Shown here in pieces: positions 59,609-64,000 of a stretch of 64,000 nucleotides of DNA; position 1 is the first letter of the stretch; each line of letters begins with the position of its first letter. The notes under the pieces are model-generated. The model was not told where the DNA came from, searched no databases, and was given only the letters and a program-made list of their open reading frames with translations. The DNA is from Hormiphora californensis (Eukaryota; Animalia; Ctenophora): contig CM035357.1 in the NCBI GenBank assembly GCA_020137815.1, positions 620,001 through 684,000 of the forward strand, given 5' to 3'. Position numbers and translations under genes: made by a program.

Positions 59609-62600
59609 TGCTAGGAGGAGAATGGGGAATTAAATAATATGAACTTCTTTACTTGTTTGTTTGTTCAGGTCTTATTAGGAACATGGGATACTGAGCTTGT
59701 AACAGTATGAGGTCACCCCTCAAACTCTCCTGTTGAGTATGATTATAGATATAAAAAGAAGACAGGAGGCAGACACACTGCCTCCCGCTTTTTTCCATGG
59801 AAGGATACTGGTAATTGGAGCTGATAATTGTACCCCATGTCTTCCTATTGTGATCTAGAGCACCCTAATAATCTCTTCCCCTCCTATTTATCCCTGTCTC
59901 TCTAGTCTCTGTCGTTCTGTCTGGAAGCTCCATTCAACTACCCCATGCATCATATCTGCCCATTCCCGGATAATTTATCAAAATCTCGCTTACTGAGTAC
60001 TGCTCCATTTATTTTGTTTGGGCGATCGATTGGATATGATCTGAATTCAGGGTATAACTTTTAAGAATACAGATTGATTCAATTGGTCTCATAATCACTT
60101 CATATTTGAAATTTCTGTTCTCTCCTTCCGGTCCGACAAAATGAATAAGCAGACTTCAGATAAATGGATGCTCTAACTGGTTAGAGAGCCGTGACCTTTT
60201 CAGATGGTTGTCTGTACAGATGATAGCTCCTTCCGGTTCAATCAAGATGGTCAGAAGAAAACGCGGTGATTTATTTATTCTAATTGAATAAATCGCCGCG
60301 TTTTCTTTTAATTAGCTTGATTGAAGCCGTAATTAGTAGTTATTTTCTCTACATACTAATATCATCCGGCTCCGGTCTTATAAACAATTATATTCTATAC
60401 TTCTTCTATCCAATCTTTACAGATGGTTTACATAGTGAGCATCTTACACTGATGGTAGTTTAACTACCGAGACCGGGCGACCATTATTCTAAATATGACC
60501 TTACGTCATGCCTACCCTCTCTGCATGCAAGTATAGAACTTTCGAGAGAGTTGCTCCTAATTACGTCATATAGGTACTACGTCACCCCCACGTCTCCCTC
60601 TCTCCCAATACCTCTCTCTCCCTCTCTCCCAATACCTCTCCCTCTCTCTCCCAATACCTCAGAACAGGAGCCGGTGCTATATGACGCAGCTGTGTGCTCT
60701 AGAAACAGGGCGGCCAATAATAGCTCCTCTCCAGAGAGAGAGAGAGAGAGATAGCTTACTGCTAGAGGGGGGAGAGAAACAAAACGAGAGAGCTATAATA
60801 GGGACTGGCTCTCTATCTGGCTCTCTATCTCTATTGATCATTATAGATCGTGATAACTCTACTTCTTTTTCCACTTGATATATATATAGCACTGTATAAA
60901 AGGCCGCTATAATGGACCTCTCCAGCCCAGGAGTTAACTTTGTTAGACCAACATGCTGTCAACACGGCTCTGCAGAACATGGCACATTTCGTGGTACCCT
61001 GTGCCGCTTTTTGAATTTTACCAGTTGATTTTCGACACCTTCGCTTAAAACTAGACCTTGTATGATAATATTCATCTCTCTCTCCCGTTAATGTGATTCT
61101 CGATGCTTTTTGCTCTTTGTTTATCCCATCTCACTCATATACATATTCTTACAATCTTACAATCTTACAACTCTTACAATCTCAGTTTACTGTTTGTTTT
61201 TTCAATCTCAGTTCTCACTCTGGATCTCAATTTTCAATCGTGTGCACTGCATGTAAACCACCACACACTGTACTACAACAGCTGGCAGCAGCATCATAGT
61301 GCTATATCGTCTATTGTTCTTGTATTCTCGCACAATCTGAACACTATTCTCTCGTTTCTATAGCTAGATGTGCGTATGATTATCAGAGACTGGTATATTG
61401 ATTAATTCTGTATGGGCCATGTGTCATCTGAATTATCACATACTAAATCGATAGAATATTCTATAACGGCATTATATATTGGGCCATGCCATGAGAATTA
61501 GCACATGTACGGCATCTTGAGATAGAGTACTATTGGCACTAAATAATTAGCCATTGTCAATTTGTTAAATTATGATATCTTCTGATAAATTGAGTGTGAT
61601 TTCATTGACATGTTCGTGCTGTCTGTCTCCGCGGGGATTGCGGTCTGTTCAATACTTTGCCGTAATTTGTACATTTTAATATTCATTATGGATCATTTTC
61701 ATTCGAGGTGGCCGGTATTTCATCCTACTATGTACTACTCATGCGCCCCATCAACTTTTGGCCACTCCAATCTCTTGGATCACTGACATTTAAATCCATT
61801 ACAACATGTCTAGAGTCCATCTAGGGATTAGTATGGTCTATTTAAAGGGTCAATAGCATTCCCTAGATAAGACTATGGACATGTTGTAATGAATATTACA
61901 ATTCCCGGTATTATAGTAGAGGCCAATGCTAGCTCTGGTATTATAGTAAAGGTCAATGCCAGCTCTGGTTTGATTCTAGCCGCCATATCATTTGGTAAAC
62001 TGTACGTGACCGTGAGATGTGATTATACAAAGGCCCGGCCATGGGTGTAATAATAATTATGGGCTAAGGTTTGAGTCAGCTATTGTATCAATTGTCACTG
62101 GGATATTCCTAGAGTCAGTTTGCAATGATTGCTTGTATGTGTCATGCAACAGTTATAGACGCCAGACATGTGCATGTGCCGATATAACTGCTCTTTCTTC
62201 TAACTCTATCTCATGAGTCATGCCGACATGGCCTCCTAAGTTAAACTGATCTTCGTTTAATATATTCGTTTAATCGCACATTTCGTTAGATAGTTTAGGT
62301 GGCATATCAGATCAGTATAATGCCGTTCTATACCTTTTTACTGGCCATTCTGCCGCTATACATCTTACTCACTATAATTCATAAAGATGTGGCCTCTCTT
62401 CGGTGCCGTGACGTTCACCATGGCTAAGCACGTACAGGATCGGACCCAGATTTACCGGGGTAAACCCTTTCCCCCGAGCACCCCGATAAATCGGGGTCCG
62501 ACTGTAATATTACATCTGTGATTTGACATTTAATATTCAGAGTTCTCTCCATCTACTATAACATTTATTTAACCACCTGGCTCACCCTTTGGTATTTTAG

Positions 62601-62609
62601 AACTTGAAG

Positions 62610-63829
62610 ATGGCGTTACCTATTAGCAACAACCGTACTGACTGCCTAACTTCCGATCAACTCTGCTTGTTCCGAATAGTTAATGTGAGTCTTGTGGAAA
62701 AATTAATCACTACTGTTTTGTTGTAAAAAACTAACAAATTAATTGGTGCTCTTTTGCGTTAATTGTTTCTCTATTTGGTTTCAAACTACTACCCCACCAG
62801 CCTCCACCATCTCATCCAAATTAATTGTTTCTCTCTTGTTGTAAAACTAACGATTGTTTTTTCTCAGGGATCCATTCTAGCAGCCATTGGGCTGTTTGGC
62901 CTTGTACTATCCAGTATTGTACTGTGCACTCTCACTACACAGGCAGTTAGACTTCCTGGCAACAAGGTAATAATTGACAATCATGTGATTTTAGTTTGGA
63001 TATTTTAATTGGGGGAAACGTGAGCTATTTGAATTTTGAGTTAGCTACATGTATGCTTGTTAGTACAGTTTAGTCCCAGTTTAGTACAGTTAGTATTACT
63101 ATTATCATTTCACTATTTGAGTTGGCTATAACCTATTATCATTTGACTATATTTACCCCAGAGTATTTTCATTCTATTTGAATTTTAAGCTGGATACATG
63201 AGTGTATTACTAGTTGGCTACATGTAACCTATATTATCACTTGACTATTTACCCCAGAGTATTTTCATAATGAACGTGTCAATGTTTGACGTGCTGTTGT
63301 CAATTGTGGGACTCATACGAGGACTTGGAATACTATCAAGTGAAGTGATAGGGGTCTCAGGGAGCAACGGAGACTTTCACGCTAATGCTTGGTGCCATAT
63401 TTTCACTATCGTCGCTGAGCCTTTCTGGTAAGAATCTATCACGTGACACAAAACACCATATATGGGCATCACGTGACATATAACACCCTTTATACTCACT
63501 ATTGTCGCAGAACATTTCTGGTAGGGCACAGTAATATCATATCAATTGGTTCCATTAGTTCAGTAATATCAGTTATTTAATGGCACACTATTGTTCAGAT
63601 CTAACACTACTTAGTAATAGACCCTGTAACACCCTATTGTTCCAGGGAAAGTCTGACACTGATTCTACTGCCTCTCACGGTCGATAGGTTCCTTGCCATT
63701 GTATGTCCCAGGAGATATCGGAATATTGTTAATACTAGGAATAGTATAATAATGGTGATAGCCTCCTGGGTACCTCTGATAGGACTCAATGTGTACGATG
63801 CTGGCCGATACTTCCTCGGAGATCTAAAG
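62610..63829 (+). CDS. Class A GPCR, multi-exon, continues beyond the window (TM1-TM4 seen)
   Basis: Exons 62610-~62684, ~62868-62966, ~63258-63427, ~63646-63829: GSILAAIGLFGLVLSSIVL, IFIMNVSMFDVLLSIVG, WCHIF, LTVDRFLAIVCPRRYRNIV, MVIASW. Confidence 0.88.
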
Positions 63830-64000
63830 GTGAGTTATCACGTGATACAAAACACCATATATGGGCATCATTCTACATTCTACATTACTAATTGTACATT
63901 TTGACCATAATACAGTCGGACCCCGATTTACCGGAACCCCGATTTACCGGGAGGATTTCTTTCCCCCGATTTTTTTTGGAAAATTTTCGAAGTTTGGCCG

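Overview
Intron-rich animal nuclear DNA. It is probably a ctenophore (Pleurobrachia-like); this is inferred from recalling the 109-bp repeat that translates as 'QEILVPDWLITSHVT' and was not verified. Manual exon reconstruction supports: ceramide kinase (-), with a nested antisense F-type-lectin-like gene; an FSIP2-like repeat protein (+); a sushi/CCP protein (-); two class A GPCRs; an intronless CFAP100/CCDC38-like ORF; a 3-exon small secreted peptide; a voltage-gated Ca-channel alpha2delta subunit (-); a Cys-rich PPxY membrane protein; and NUP35 (-). There are also several MITE families with target-site duplications (TSDs), minisatellites, a 100-N gap and two noisy tracts. Main observation: two otherwise intact genes have long terminal exons broken by internal stops, and coding sequence resumes in the +1 frame. 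This happens four times in a row in the FSIP2-like gene. In the GPCR third intracellular loop the net shift is +1, reachable by four +1 steps. All short internal exons I reconstructed are frameshift-free. This is a candidate for Euplotes/antizyme-like +1 recoding (or single-base mRNA deletion) in an animal nuclear genome. Assembly insertion error is the alternative that must be excluded first.
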